Source: Squalus acanthias (lineage: Eukaryota). From it: 64,000 bases of DNA. Shown here piece after piece: positions 63,374 through 64,000 of this stretch; position 1 is the first letter of the stretch, and each line of letters starts with the position of its first letter. The stretch is from NCBI GenBank assembly GCA_030390025.1, contig CM059432.1, positions 152,026,001 through 152,090,000 of the forward strand, written 5' to 3'. Position numbers and translations under genes: made by a program. The notes below the pieces were generated by a model. That model was given only the letters and a program-made list of their open reading frames with translations, was not told the origin of the DNA and did no database searches.

Positions 63374-64000
63374 GGCCCAGAAATTGATCTCGCTCTGTTC
63401 CCGCGGGGGTAAGCCTTCCCCGCGATCTCTCACTCCGCTTGTGCTTTTTCAGATCCAGCTCGCACGAACTTGATGTTCCAGACATCAGCCGGGCAGTGCT
63501 TGCGTATCCCACTGGCGTAGTGAATTCGTGCGAGCTGTGGGATCACGTGACTCAGTTAGAGCCAATGGCAGCACACCATCTTCCATTCATAAGTTTCACA
63601 TACGTGCTGTGAAATCTATGAATCTTACACCCCTCCAAAATAACAGCTAAACCTCAATTAAATTTAAAAAAAACCCATCACATTAATAAAATAAGTATAG
63701 TTAAATAAATTAACCATTTTAAATAAAAAATTAAATTTTTGAAAAAATTTAAAATCTTTTAAAAAGTTATAAAAATAAACTTACCTGTCTTTAAAGTCTC
63801 TAAAAAAGATATACCTGTTAAAAAAAATACTTAATTCACTACTTACCTTGTTAAAAGTGGGTCTTACTCCTTTTTCCATTTCTAAAATCTTCAGTACTTA
63901 CCTGCGCGTCCAAAGCATGAAGTGCACAGCGTGCGCGCAGCCTGTAGCGCGCACGCGATGCACCGAGGAACCGCCCCCTTTTCAAAAGAGCAATTGCCGG
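63374..64000. mobile_element. Harbinger-like MITE running off the window
   Basis: aat|GGCCCAGAAATTG terminus; shares gggatcacgtg...gccaat and an AT-rich core with 34155-34615. Confidence 0.65.

Overview
Eukaryotic, repeat-rich vertebrate DNA, most likely a cartilaginous fish (inferred from HE1-like V-SINE, Deu-domain SINE, abundant CR1 and Penelope-like 3' ends). Positions 1-42.6 kb are a nested transposon field: four two-gene PIF/Harbinger elements (HARBI1-like DDE nuclease plus a convergent, spliced Myb/SANT gene, all disrupted), Harbinger and hAT MITEs, CR1 LINEs, SINEs and a tRNA-headed LINE. From about 43 kb the window holds the 5' part of an LSF/CP2-family gene, most like UBP1: CpG-island exon 1 (47821-47933), exon 2 (54146-54297) and exon 3 (62915-62991). 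The best find is a second, upstream coding first exon (43302-43366), absent from the ORF track. It encodes MLFWHSQPEQYHQYPSSNSYLR, a TFCP2L1-type N-terminus, and is in phase with the same exon 2. Also notable: a roughly 580-bp near-perfect inverted duplication of the transposase inside one Harbinger (Mu killer-like), a 168-bp-arm Penelope-like palindrome with a hammerhead-like motif, and local templated insertions. Homology calls rest on remembered family motifs, not database searches.
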